DNA of 64,000 bases, from positions 24,864,001 through 24,928,000 of the forward strand of contig NC_087444.1 of assembly GCF_036321535.1 (NCBI RefSeq). The letters run 5' to 3'. Positions 37,149-49,774 of this stretch are shown here, in pieces; the stretch's first letter is position 1, and each line of letters opens with the position of its first letter. Origin of the DNA: Camelus dromedarius. Taxonomy: Eukaryota. A program made the position numbers and the translations under genes. The notes under the pieces are model-generated. The model was not told the DNA's origin. It saw only the letters and a program-made list of their open reading frames with translations, and ran no database searches.

Positions 37149-38390
37149 GGAGTATAAGCGGACTAATCTCCACACATAAGCTAGAAAATGTTGTGGAATT
37201 TAAAAATTGTGTGGAAGTTGCCATTTTCATTAACCAAATAGCACAATATATTTAGGGGATGGACCAAAATAAAAAGGGACAGGTGCAGGTGAGAAACTGT
37301 TTCCCAAATACTAGGCTTTTTTTTCCCCCCAAATACTAGGCTTTTGGGGCCACTGATGGTGTCACCATAAGTCACTGCAATATGTCAGCCACCGAGTGTT
37401 TTGGTTGCCCAGTGAGTATATTTTTTTGGGAAAGTGCTGAATCGAAGTAGCAGAAAGGATATACTTCTGATTCAGGTCTGAGATGTGTAGGTACCTTTAA
37501 ATAGGACGACGATTTTGTTCTTAAAAGTGAGAACGCCTGAAATTTTGAGACAGAACGCCTGAAATTTTGAGACAGTTACCCGCTTTCCTTTAATCGCAGC
37601 CAGGGGGGCCTCTGTGTAGCTGCAATTAGCACAGGCTTGATTTGAAATGCGGTCGACTTCTCCTCTCAAATTTGCTCAACCTCCCGGGCAGCTCGTTGGT
37701 TTTTTAAATACAAACTGACAGTCAAATATGTAATAAGTTATGACAAGTTGAGCAATGGTTGTCTCCCGTCTGTTTTCAAAGGTTGTTTATTTTCATAGTG
37801 ATAAAGAGATGGTGGCGACAGCACCACCTCATGATGATTTCAGTCCTTCAGTCGCTCCTCCTAATCGTTCCATCTTCACAGCATCTTTGCCCTACTTCTC
37901 CGGTGAGCGGTTGTATGAGCTGCAGCACCCAGATGTTAGGAAATAGATGTGTCTTTGAGATAGAGGGGAACACATGGTAAAACAGGGGTCCTCTCCTGTC
38001 AGGATTGACTCTATTGCCCTAATTTATTCATTTCATCCAGAATTTTAAGGTAATGTTGTTCTCAAAACCTATTACAAAATTCTCTTTAATCTCTTTATAA
38101 TTCCTTTCTGGGTAGCTCTTTTAAAAGGATCTACAAAACTGCTGAATGAACTGATCTTTCCTAAAACACTTTTAAAAAGCAATTTTTAGAAGAATCTCTA
38201 CCCCCAATATTCCAAAGCTATAATAAGAAATCTTTGTATAGGGTAAGTACCAAGTAGCTGAAATTCTCAAATAGGAAAATATCTTCCCATAAAACTCAAG
38301 GGAAAAACAAACAAAAGGAATTGTGTGTGTATTTTTTGTTTGCTTAGCCAATTTAAGAGATACTTTAAAAGTGACTAGTTCTCCATAGAG

Positions 38391-38609
38391 CAATGATTTT
38401 CAATTGGGTGTGATTTTATCCCTCAGGGGACAGTGGGTGAGGTCTGGAGACACTGGTGGTGGTCACAGCTGGGGCGGGGGTGTGAAACTGGCATGTAGTG
38501 GGTCGAGGCCAGGGATGCTGCTTAACTTCCCACAATGCACAGACCAGCCCCATCACAAAGGATTACACAGCTCCAAACGCCAAAAGTGCCGAGGCTGAAA
38601 AATGTCTTG
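38391..38609. mobile_element. MER20 hAT-Charlie DNA transposon
   Basis: gtgattttatccctcaggggaca...tctggagaca...gtgggtcgaggccagggatgctgcttaac...caatgcacagaccagcccc...agtgccgaggctgaaaaa. Confidence 0.9.
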
Positions 38610-38699
38610 TTAGAGACATTTATACCAGTGTCTCTAAAAGAAACGGCACTTTTAAAATCCTATACTCTAGCAATTGAAACAATCTGCTTCTCTTTTGGA

Positions 38700-39012
38700 A
38701 CTCTTGTAGATTTGAAGTTTACTGAGAGCAGAGATACTGTTTCTTCTGTATTTACTCTCCTCACAATGGCTCAAATACTAGTACCACTGAATATGCAAAT
38801 ATATATAGTTTATGATGTTTAAGAATATGTGAATACTAACATCATTAAGCTTTTCTGCTTAAGTGTTGTGTAACTCAAGGTGTGAAAATCTTCAAAGATG
38901 CCAGGATAATGCTTTGTATGTGGTAAGAGTTTAGTAAACATTTGTTGAAGGCATGTGTGAATAAATAAATGGATAAAGTGAATGAATGAATAAATGAATG
39001 AATGAATAAATA
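38700..39012 (+). mobile_element. L2 3' fragments with (ATGA)n tail
   Basis: gtttagtaaacatttgttgaa...gaatgaatgaataaatgaatgaatgaataaa. Confidence 0.65.
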
Positions 39013-40329
39013 CAGAATTAATATTTTTATTTATTATCATTTTCCTCTATTAAAGCTTGAGGTAATGATGAAGGTGGAAGAGGAAACAGGTCAATAATTA
39101 ATGTCTGCCTTGCACTAAATATTAATTCCTAGGTAAATTCTGAAAATAGGTCTAATTTCCCTAACATATCTATCTTAAGGACAAGAGTGAGGCAGTTTTG
39201 CTATTAAAAACATGGACTATATTAGGCTGGTCTAGACTGAGATAAATTTCAATCTGAAATTTCAATGGCTTAATATCTGTGTTAATTTCTCCTTCAGATT
39301 CAGTCCATTTGAGGGGCTCCCTTTCAAGGGGTTCCTTTCCCAGTTGTGATCTAGACTCTGGCATCTTGTGGTTTTGCCATTGGGACACGGGGTTTCCTGA
39401 TAGTGGGTGTGGGTGCAAAGCCACACGCAGACTCACTAAGTGCTTTAGCCAGAAATGGTGTAGGTCACCGCTATCGCCAGCAGCCTATGGGCGGGTCAGT
39501 GTCTAAGGCAAGTGCAGGGTAGGCTTCAAGGGGGAGTGGCTTTGGTCATCCAGGGAGCTGGGCTCAGAAGGGCTCTGTGCTTGTTGTCATGCTCTGTTGT
39601 CACCCTCTTGACCACTCTTAATAATGGTTGAACAAGGGGCCCTGCATTTTCATTCCACAAATTACTCAGCCGGTACTGGTTAAGAGCCCAGAGCCAGATT
39701 TGCGAGAAGCCTGGGAAATGTACACAGGGCACCAGACTCCCAGGGGGCCGTGTGCATCTCGGTTGGAGATCCTGCCAATCAAGCCAGGACATGAGCCCTT
39801 CGTTTCCTTCATTAGGGCTCCAGACACTACTGCTCACAGAACTCTTAGCTCCCCCAACACTTTCATCCCTATTTGGTGAGAAGCATCATGTAACAGCTCA
39901 ATCAAGAAGTCTAAACACGGCCTGCTCTGGGACCAGACCTGCTCATTGCGGCTCCCACTTCCCAAGATCTTGGTCCCTTGTCCCGGGGAACCTGCCCCAG
40001 GAGACCTGCACAAGCTTCAACCCTTTACTTCTCTTCTGGCTCCTGGCTCCTGAGCTCACTTTAGACCCCAGGGGCTGCTGTTTTCCGGGCCTCTGCCTGG
40101 ATACGCTGGACCCTAGGCCACCTTCTTCTTTTTAATTAGATACTTAGGCTTAGTTTTCCCTTGACAACCTGGGTCCCACCAGATGTGGCTCACACACTGG
40201 TATGACATTAAAGGATTATGTGGCACCATGTGTTGCGACCCTGGCTGCTCATATGAATCTGCTGAGAAGATTTAAAAACACTCTGAATGCCTGAAACTCA
40301 CCCTCCGAGATTCTGAATCTACTGACCTG

Positions 40330-40900
40330 GCATGGAGTCTGGAGAACACAATCCTGGCAAGAGATGGGGCCAGACAGATGTAGCCTCTGACACTCTACTC
40401 ACTGGCGCTGTGATCTGGGTGATCTATGTGGGCGTGTATGGCCTCAGTCTCCTTACCTGTGAAATGGGCAGACATCTGCCGCTGTGTACACTGGGTTTGG
40501 AGATTCATGTAAAGTGGGGGGGAGGCTGATGAAGCAGCCTTTGCAGTAATTCCACAGAGAGGGAAATAAACATGTGGACCTACTGTGTGCCAGCAACAGT
40601 CCTGACAACAGCCCCACCAGGGGAATTAGGTCATTTCCATTTTTCAAGAAGGAAAAGCAAAGACTCAGAGAAATCAGACAAGCTGCCCAAGATCATTGCA
40701 GGCAAGTGGCTAAGCAAGGACTCAGGGAGACACAGAGAAGATTCCAGAAGCAAAAACCTAACCTTTATTGCTAAGACCTAACCAGACTGTTTGGGGGCAC
40801 TGCAGTCATGTGACCCTCCCAATAGCCCTGTGAGGTACGTGTCATTAGGCCCACTTTACAGAGAGGGAAGTAACGTGGGTGGCGGTGAAATCACTCGCCC
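40330..40900. mobile_element. Cluster of MIR fragments in both orientations
   Basis: gcctcagtctccttacctgtgaaatggg (+), aggaaaagcaaagactcagaga...gcccaagatca (-) and ccactttacagagaggga (-). Confidence 0.6.
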
Positions 40901-42779
40901 CCCCCCCCGACCAGATTAACCTATGGTAAGTGGCTGAGCCAAGGTGCCTTTATGTCCCACTCCTCTCCAGCACATGTCATGTCCTTTAGGCATTTCAAAT
41001 TGCCTTTCACAGGTGGAATAATTAATGTTTTCAAGAACTCTCCCTGCAGACTGGCTACTGAACTACCTTTGCTCTGACCCACAAGAGCTTGTCTCTGGCA
41101 TGTTGGGGCATCTTTGGGCATCTTTGAGCCATGTCGGGAGCCCAAAGGACAGACGGGGTGGACATCCCCGAGTTGTAGCACAGAGCAGATGATCAATGAC
41201 CCCAGAACTGCTCCTGTTAGGGAAATAACCTGCCTGAAGTCACGGGCATGATCAACAAAGGGCCCAGGGAGGTCTGCATGGGGGGCCGTGATGACTGCAG
41301 TAACAGGATAAAAATGAGGCAGGATGCTGAAATATGGCACATCCGAGACTCGAGACCGCCGTCAATGGGAAGAAAGTGCTGGCAAATTGCTGGTAGAGCT
41401 GTAATGTTGCTGATTTTGCAAACATGTGTTCTTCAACTTGATAAGTAAATACATACTGGGTAACATGGTGATGTTGCAAGCTGTTGTTTTACGGCAGGGA
41501 AGTCAGCTGCCTGTGATTGATGCTAGCAGTGAAAGTATTTATAAAATAACATGGAATTAGAAGGAGTTGCTTTATGAATCTGGGGAAATGGATCTCTTAT
41601 GAAGAATAAAACTTGATGAAGGAGCTTAATCAGGGTCACACAAATCTGAAATTGAATGTGCTGGGACTGAAATCTAAAAGGGACCCCTCTCTATGTCTGG
41701 GCTCTCAGCCTGGAGAAGAGTGGGGAGGCTTCACCCTGACATTTCTGTCATGAGGAACTGGAGAGTCATTTCCACCTATCATGTTCATTTCTCTCCACAG
41801 GGAATGTCACTTCTGGAAACTGCATTACCTCTTCCAGGCCATCAGGACAGCACTCAGGGAATAACTTAGACATAAAACTAAGCGATGCATGTGTGGGATT
41901 CACCCTTGCATCCCATGAAATGGGACAGGGTAGGGCACACAGTAGGTGCTCAGTAAATGTTTAGTTATGGAATAAATGGAAAATAGATCCAAGAGCATCT
42001 GGCTCATTCTGTAGGAATATTTTCCCATTTCATTTGAGTTTTTAAATTGTCTTCCCTGTGTGTGCATTTCAGCCTCCTAGTGGGGCTGTCTTTCCTGATT
42101 GGAATGTTCTCTTCTTGGAAATACTCTGGCAGGGGAGACACCAAAGGCATCTGCTTCCCAAGCCAGGAGGGATAATAGGCACATGACTCAGGCTGGTTCA
42201 ACTGGATGCTCCCCTGGATAATAATGGTACTTGTCTGATGGGGTTGTTCTGCGGGTTAAATGAAGTTAATATATGTAATATTCAGCCCAGGACTCTGCGT
42301 TCTTTAAGAATACGATTATTATTACACATGAGAGAGGCACAGCTCACAGTCTCCACTTTTGATAAAGAAGTAGAAGTTAAGTCTTGAATGAATACGAGGT
42401 TAGGTGGAATTGTTCTTTTTTTCTCCCCCCTTAAAGTAATCTTAGGTTGTATACATAGAGGTAGACTAGCAAGTACCAGGGAGGTGGTCATCATTTTGAC
42501 ACAATATTAAGCCTCAATAATATTTCAGGGTCTATTCTATGCCCTGGGTGACTCGGAGGTAATCAAAATGTAGCCCCTTCTTGTCAAATTGCCAAGTTGC
42601 CAAATTGATCTTGGTCTTTCCCTTAGCCTTGTCTGTCTTTCTGAAATTCTTCCTGTCAACCAAGCTCAATTCACACACTTTCACTGGAGCCCTGCAAAGG
42701 GATGGCCAGGAGAGCCAAAGGTCTGAGGTCACGAGTAAGAAGTGGCAGAAGGAACGCTGTGCTGGGTGGGGGCACCTGC

Positions 42780-42927
42780 CTTTCTTGGCCCCTTGGCCCC
42801 TCCTCTGTCTTCACAGTCAGCAGCGCAGCATCTTCCAATCTCTCTCTGAATCTCTGACCTCTGCCTCCTTCATCACCTTCTTTGACTCTGACCCTCCTGC
42901 CTCTCTCTTATAAGGACCTTTGTGATC
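42780..42927 (-). mobile_element. MLT1 LTR fragment
   Basis: tctctctgaatctctgacctctgcc...gactctgaccctcctgcctctctcttataaggacctttgtgat. Confidence 0.75.
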
Positions 42928-43066
42928 AAGGGTTCTGGAAGCAGGAAATACACAGAGAGTTGAAAGTTAAAGTGAGGGTGTGCAAACAGACGTGTGTGTA
43001 TGTGGTGGGGATTCACATGTAAAGACCCGGGAGAGCCGTGCAGATCTGAAATGGGGCACCTTGTAC

Positions 43067-43370
43067 TGTAACAGCGTAAGGGAGCAGGACCCTATGGGGC
43101 CTTCCCGGGACAGACCCCCCTCCCCTGTACCCACTGCTCTAGCTCCTCTTTGAAGTACCCAGATCACGTGTCTGATGAACATTTCCTGAGTTGTTTTGCA
43201 GATGCTAAAACCCCCGCTAAATGGAAGAAATTAACTACTTAATGACCATGAGCAGGTAGCCACCAGACCTGCTGGCGCCTAAGGATTGATAATGTTAACC
43301 CCTGTGACACTGCCCTGTCACCTCACCATCATCCAGTCAGAGAATTGTGCATGAACGGATCACATAACCC
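43067..43370 (+). mobile_element. ERV1-like LTR, 3'-truncated
   Basis: Starts TGTAAC. cctaaggattgataatgttaacccctgtgacactgccctgtcacctcaccatc...agagaattgtgca...gatcacata resembles artiodactyl ERV1-class LTRs as I recall them. Confidence 0.55.
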
Positions 43371-43669
43371 GGAGACACACAAAGGAGACTCACGCAGAGA
43401 CCACTTGGGGACAGGCAGAAGAGATGAGTGAAAACGGCAGGAGTCAAACCTGCCCCCTCTAAGGGTCTCTTTGTGGTCCATCAGCCCATGTTATCAGAGG
43501 GGCTTGGAGAGACCACGGCTGCCTCATCAGTGCATAATGGACCCTTCGTAATGGGCACAACCTAAGAATCTCATTTTCAATATAAGATGTGCTCTCATGG
43601 GCCAGCCCTGTGCCCACTCCAGGAAATTCTGGCGGTGTGTTGCAAATATTCGTATATTTCAACTCCACA

Positions 43670-43885
43670 TTCTACTGGGGCCACTTTGAGGCACCCTGTG
43701 CTAGGACTGTGGATACCCATGTGAATAAGACAGTCCTGGCTCCTCAAATTGCTCGTGTACAGCTGGGAGAGACAGAGACGCTTAAACACAAAATTGCAGT
43801 GCTCTGCGATGCATGCCCAGGACAAAAGCACGTTCAAGGTCACTTTGAGAACACGGCGTGGCGGGCACCCTGGATCTCCCTTGGG
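43670..43885 (-). mobile_element. L2 fragment
   Basis: ggcaccctgtgctaggactgtggatac...gtgaataagacagtcctgg. Confidence 0.6.
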
Positions 43886-44719
43886 GTAAGGGGACTGACT
43901 CAATATTGTCTTCAGCTGCTCCCAGCTGAGATTTAGGGCGGGGATGGTCTCAAGTTGTTTTTCCTGCATGACTGACTGACCGTGAATGGTCTGCTCGTAC
44001 CCCTGACTATTTGATTACTGCTTAGCATTTCAGTTTTTAAAACATTTTCTTCCACAGAATAACTTGCCCATTCACTGAGCACAAAGAGGTATTAAAGCTG
44101 GCAAAACAGCACCGCTGGTTGTTCAAACTCTCCCTCCTGCTAAGAGTGGGCACGTTAAAGATATTTTTAGCTGGAAGTGTCAAGGCTGTATTTGCAAGTC
44201 AAGTTGAAAAAGCACCGAGTTCAAGGTCCTGAGCACCCATCGCACCACCCACTGCCTTCCATGCTCTTAACATTCAGCGTCTCTGGAATTAACCTCCTAA
44301 ATGTACGCCGCCCCAGACAGATGGCCCCTCGAAATGGGAACATACTGTGGTCCAAAAGACCTCATCTCCGGAGAGAAAAGAAACACTAAGAGAAATGGCA
44401 AAGTCCTAAGCAACTCATTTCACCAAAAGGCAAGCAAGCAGTCAGAAGCCTACCCCCTGTAGGTGAAGGAAGAAAGGAATCAGCTAGCAAAGAAAGGAGA
44501 GATTGAAGTTTATACTGGGGGGAGGATTTGCAGGCGGTTAAATTTCATCAGGGACAGAAGAAGGGAAGAGAGACAGAGTGAAAAGGAGAGGCTGGAAGTC
44601 AGCAGTCTGTGAATTCTCTCAGATTCACATTGAGGATTTGCCGTGTGCTGCCTGCAGTGTGACCAGCTTTCTGGCCCCTCTGGGCTATATCCCAGGATGC
44701 TCAGACTCACCCTTCACTG

Positions 44720-45172
44720 ACTGCATTCCTTTTCTAGGGCCACTGTATCAAATTAGCAGACACTGGGTGTCTTAAAACCATAGAAATGTATTCTCTCCCA
44801 GTCCTGGAGGCCAGAAGTCTGAGCTCAAGGGGTGGGCAGAGTCCCGCCCCCTCTGGGGACCCCAAAGGACAGTCTGTTCCTTGCTCTTCCAACTTCTGGA
44901 GGCTGTTGGCATTCCTTGGCTTGTGGCCTCATCTCTTTCTGCTTGGCCTTCATATCTTTCTCTGTGTTTCTGTGCTGACACCTTCTGCCTCTCTCTTCTA
45001 AGGATCTTTGTGATTCTATGGGCTCACCTGGATAATCCAGGGTAATCTCCTCATCTCAGAATTCTTACCTTAATCACATATGCAAAGAGTTTTCTTCCAA
45101 ATCAAGTCACATTCACTGGTTCCGGGGAGCAGGACTTGATCTCTTCGGGTGGCCGGGATTCAGCCTAGCACA
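44720..45172 (-). mobile_element. MLT1 (MLT1B/C-like) solo LTR
   Basis: ctgggtgtcttaaaaccatagaaatgtattctctcccagtcctggaggccagaagtctga...ggataatccagggtaatctcctcatctcaga. Confidence 0.85.
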
Positions 45173-46369
45173 CTGCTCACAGTGCACGGGGAGCTGGGTT
45201 AAGCTCTAGCACGTGAACTCGGGAGGTTCTGCTCTTAAACCCCATGCTGTCCTTGGAGGAAGAGCAGGGACAGGCTTGAGGTCACGCAGCCGGTGCCTGG
45301 TGGAGCCAGGGTTGGTACCAGGCATCTAAGGATGCAGAGTCTATGCTAGAATTGTGTGGTACAGCCAAGAAGGAGGCAGATGGAGGCAGACAGCAGGGAC
45401 AGGGTCAGGTGAGAAACATACACATATCTATGGCCCCAGGAATGTTTCAGGGTCAATTTTCTGAGAATTAATTCAGTGAAGAACAGGCACCGGGCCTCTG
45501 CCCTCAGAGGATGTAAATTCTGTTCTTGGGGTCAGCTAGTGATGGACACATTTTCCAGGCTCAATTCCCAGAGATGTGTGAGGGGCCAGCTCCTAAATCT
45601 CAAGATTTCTAGTCCTGCAGAAGCTGTTTTATCTCCTCAGAAATGCAGCAAATTGGCCCAGGAAGATGAATGCGTGACATTCGCTCACACTTAAGCTCTG
45701 ACATGGGCTCCGCTGGATTTTGAGGGGAAGAAATATCTCTGTCACAGAGGACATGTGCTTTATATTTTTATAAAAACATGGACAAGACAAGCTTTTTCCT
45801 CATTTCTTTACAATCTTTAAGGAAAGAAAAATGTGCACAGTGTATTTTTTTTTTCTCTTTGAACCATGAAACATTTGAGCAGAAAGCAGCTTTGAAGTTA
45901 ATCCAGTCCAAGGAGCTCCATACAAATGTTTTCCTTGAATGTCAGCTGTTCTGGGTTATATTTCTTGCCTGTACTGAGCAACTAGTTTTATGGTCAAGGG
46001 TCAATCCACCCCTGCCCTTGGATTCTGCTCTATTAGGATCATGGCTGGAATCCTGGATCATCCTGGTTCCCATAATATACAAGGGAAATAGACAAACCAG
46101 ACTGTCAGGAGGAGAGGGGACAGCAGTCTAGATGGTGGAGCTATTGCAATGCAAGGATTAGCTCTAGTAACTGGGCTCTTTTTTTCAGTCCTTTTAAGAC
46201 TGAAAGGGAAGAAAGGATATATAAAAAGAAATACAGGAATTAGCCTAACATGATTGGTAGGTGCCCTAAAATAGGAGCATGTTTCCTTCCTATACTCACA
46301 TGATTTCAGATTTATACTGGAAAACTCCATTTAGGACCAGAGGATGAGTCTTGGGGAAGGACATGGCGA

Positions 46370-46530
46370 CCATGGAAGCTGTCCAATGATGGAAAGTCCT
46401 GCCTGATGAACAGTGAGCTCCCATCACTGAGTGTGTGACTGTGTGTGTAGATTGAACAACACTTGCTATGGGGTCTCAGAAGGGAATCCTGCTTTTGGGG
46501 GAGGATGAACCATCAGATCACCTCTGGAAA
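46370..46530 (+). mobile_element. L3/CR1 LINE 3' end
   Basis: agtgagctcccatcactgag...aagggaatcctgc...agatcacctct resembles the CR1/L3 3' terminus. Confidence 0.55.
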
Positions 46531-47629
46531 AACCTCTCAACTTGCAGCACCTGAGATTCTAGCAGGGTACACAGAACCATGCCAGGGAATTTCAAGTTCA
46601 CAGTGCCAAACGGGCATGGAAGTGGGAGAGGACAGAGTCTTTTAGATGCTTCCTCAGCTGATAAACCTGCGAACTGAGCTGACTCCCAGAGTGAGAAATG
46701 GAAGGAAGGGAGTAAAAGAGGCAACTTTGCTTCTTATTTCATCCATTTATTCTACAGAAAGGTGCACAAGGTCACACACAGACCATCAATTCACAGTTAG
46801 CTGACAGGGAGGTCTGCTTCAAGAGTGTTCTAAAGAATTCTCCCAATGCTATAGCCACACAGACAGCAAGCATCTCACATCCCCTTTACCTCCGAGTCAC
46901 TCTTATCAATTATAAAGGCAGCTCCCATTGACTTAGACCTTTATTTAAGCCCTTGTGAAAATTTCCATCTTAATAAGCCAGCTGAGTGGCTTGTCTGTTA
47001 TCCACTCTCCTGAAAAGGGCTGATGTCATATCTGTGTCCATGGGGACAGAATGCTTCAGAAGAGCTATTCCAATTCCTAACTCAGATTCAACTAATGTTC
47101 ATTGAAGCCTCCTGTATTAGACATTTCCAGAGAACTTACCTCATTTACCTCTTCTGATTCTATAAGACGACCTAGTTCTATTGCTGTACCTCCTGCTAGC
47201 TTTCTAATGCGTCCCCCTCTTTCACCTTAGAGCTCCTAGCTTGTTTTCTCTAACAGGCTCTCAACTATTATCCCATCTTCACTTTGCTTCCTACAACCTA
47301 TAAGCCTCTGAAATGTTATACATTCATCTGTTTGCTTTGTGGATTGATGATCCCCCTCCCTTCAGCAAATGTAACGCGACTTTGCTTTGTGTCACCCACG
47401 CAGACATCTCTGGAACAAACAGATGAATATCATCCCTGTTACATCCAATCTGACTTTTCTAAAATGAGCAGTTCCTTGTGCTGTTTCCAGACTTCATATA
47501 CTTCAGTGCCTCTTGCTGGATCCAGTAAAAAAATCTACAACGTAGCACAACAACCTATTTGACCTGGCCAGTGTTTCTCTGTCATTTGCCCCTACCTCAT
47601 CTTTGTCCCCTCCCCTTCCTGCCATAACG

Positions 47630-48020
47630 AATGTGGTCATTACTATTATCAACAAATACTTCCAGTTCCTTCTGGCCACATGGAAGGACTGTGCTTGCCT
47701 CCTCTGTTGGACTCAGGTGTGGTCCTGCAACCTACGCTGGCCTATGAAACGTCAGCACAAGGAAGGCGTGTCCCTTTCAAGCGGAAGCCTTAAGAGGGTG
47801 TCCATGTGCCATGCTATCTCTCCCTCTACACAGCCACTGCCAGTGTTCCAGAAGGGGGATGCTCTGCTCTGTCAGCCTGAATCCCATAGGGTGACAGGGA
47901 GCAGGGCCCCCAGCCAGCCCCCGTTAGATATTATCACAGAGGAAATCAACCACTGTTTTGGAGAACCACTGGATTTGGGGGCTATAGCAGTATAAGCTAG
48001 CTTGTCTGGGCTGATGCACT
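47630..48020 (+). mobile_element. MLT1 solo LTR inserted in L2
   Basis: ctggcctatgaaacgtcagca...ggaagccttaagag...tgtcagcctgaatccc...agcagtataagctagcttgtctgggctgatgca. Confidence 0.7.
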
Positions 48021-48024
48021 GAAC

Positions 48025-48460
48025 TTGAACTTCCCCAAACTTGCCATTGTGTGTCATAGCCGGGCCTTGGCACATGCCATTCATTCAGGCCTAGCCTCTT
48101 ACATGCTCTTCTCCCTCTGCTGGTCTTGCTTTAGCTCAATCATTTCTGCTTATCTGTTAGAACACTTTGAAAAGTCTGTCCGCCAATCTCCTTCCTGAGG
48201 CAGAATTGAATATTCCTCCTCTTTGAACCCACTTCTCTCCTGGGTTATCCTCACCCCAGTCCTGTGTACACCGGGTTGCAATTGTCTATGTGGTGGTCAG
48301 TGTCAGCTAGACGGTGGATCGAGGGAAGGGCTTATCTCCACAGGCTTATTCCTAATGGCTAGGAGGCCACCAGGGACCTGGGATATAAACGTTGTGTCAA
48401 CTTTTATTGGGTGAAATGACAACTCAATGAATGAATGAATGAGTGAGTGAATGAGTGAAG
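48025..48460 (+). mobile_element. L2 3' end with (ATGA/GTGA)n tail
   Basis: Ends atgaatgaatgaatgagtgagtgaatgagtgaa, with L2-like upstream text. Confidence 0.6.
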
Positions 48461-49079
48461 AGAATTACAAGTGTTCTTATCCACAATTTTCAGAGGTATT
48501 GGGTTAAATATATCAGTCACTTCTCTTTCTTATTTAATCCTCTCTACTCCTTGAACTCCTCATCCTTGATTTAACAGTGGAAAATGAGACTCAGAAAAGG
48601 TAGCAATGGATTTGAGATCATAGAGTCAAACAGGAGGCAGAGGGAGATTCAAACTCAGGTCTTCCGACTCCCATGTCCAAGTTCTTTCCCTTGTCTAGAG
48701 ATGGAAACCAGCTACAGCAGGCCCTTTCTTAGGTCCAGGGCCAGCAGAGAGGCAGGTCCTGCTGAATAGACCAAGGTTTCACCTGCAGGCCAGCTGTTGT
48801 CCTTGGAGGAACTGCAGGGCAGGTGTGGGGGGAACGAACTCAGCCATCTGCCCTGTGAGGCTCCACACTTCCACCTGGGCCTCTGTTAGACCACATGGCT
48901 TCCTATTTCCCCCGGGACTAATCTTTGGTTAGTCCACCTTTCAGGATGACTGTAGGGAGAGTGGGTTACCCAGGCCCTGTCTGACCACCCAGGGACCTGA
49001 GCTCACACCTTACAAGACTCTCCACTGCTTTTTTAATTGGTGAGAACTTGCACACGCTAAGCTGGATCCAATCTTCTGG

Positions 49080-49630
49080 AAACCTATTGCTCTGCTCTGG
49101 CTCTTCCACATCTGCCTCTGATGAACTGAAAGCTTATATGTCGATGTATCTTTCATTGCTAGTCACCATTCTCTGAGCTTGCTACAATCTGTCAGCTTCC
49201 TACTCAAAGCAGGGAGCCGAGAGCAAAATAGGTAACATGTAGCCTGACCCGTGCTGGTTGTGGGAGGATGATCACTGTTCCTAAAGCGGAAATTTGCTCT
49301 CAGAAGGCACTTATATAGAAGTGCCTGTCTTTTGAACTTGTGGTCAACTGGGACCCCAACATTGTTTTCACTTGAATTACTGTTTAACACGGGAGGGTCT
49401 CACCCTGATTTCGTGAGCTGCTTTTTAAGACTCTCGGGCAAAGACTTAACATTCATCTCTGTAACATTAAATCATCAGCTCCTGGTTGCCGTGTGTCCAT
49501 GCCTTTTGGAAAATTCAATTGGTTTTTCCGCCAGTCATTTGACAGATTAGCTCTCCCTCATCTACTCTGGATGAGGCATGATTTTGATAAGTTATTGATA
49601 TAAATGTTGAATGAGATAAGATCAGTGCCT
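49080..49630 (-). mobile_element. L3/CR1 LINE ORF2-region fragment (decayed)
   Basis: tgaacttgtggtcaact...ttttcacttgaattactg...gacttaacattcatctctgt...ttgatataaatgttgaa resembles antisense L3. Confidence 0.55.
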
Positions 49631-49733
49631 GGTAAGTGTCATCTAGCTCATATTTCTCTCTTTCCTTTTTTAAATTATAAATTATCTTATACACATAGGA
49701 ATATAGGTACATACATATGTACATATACAATAT

Positions 49734-49735
<2 letters not shown>

Positions 49736-49770
<35 letters not shown>
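49736..49770. repeat. (CA)n microsatellite
   Basis: Directly visible. Confidence 0.95.
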
Positions 49771-49771
<1 letters not shown>

Positions 49772-49774
49772 CAT

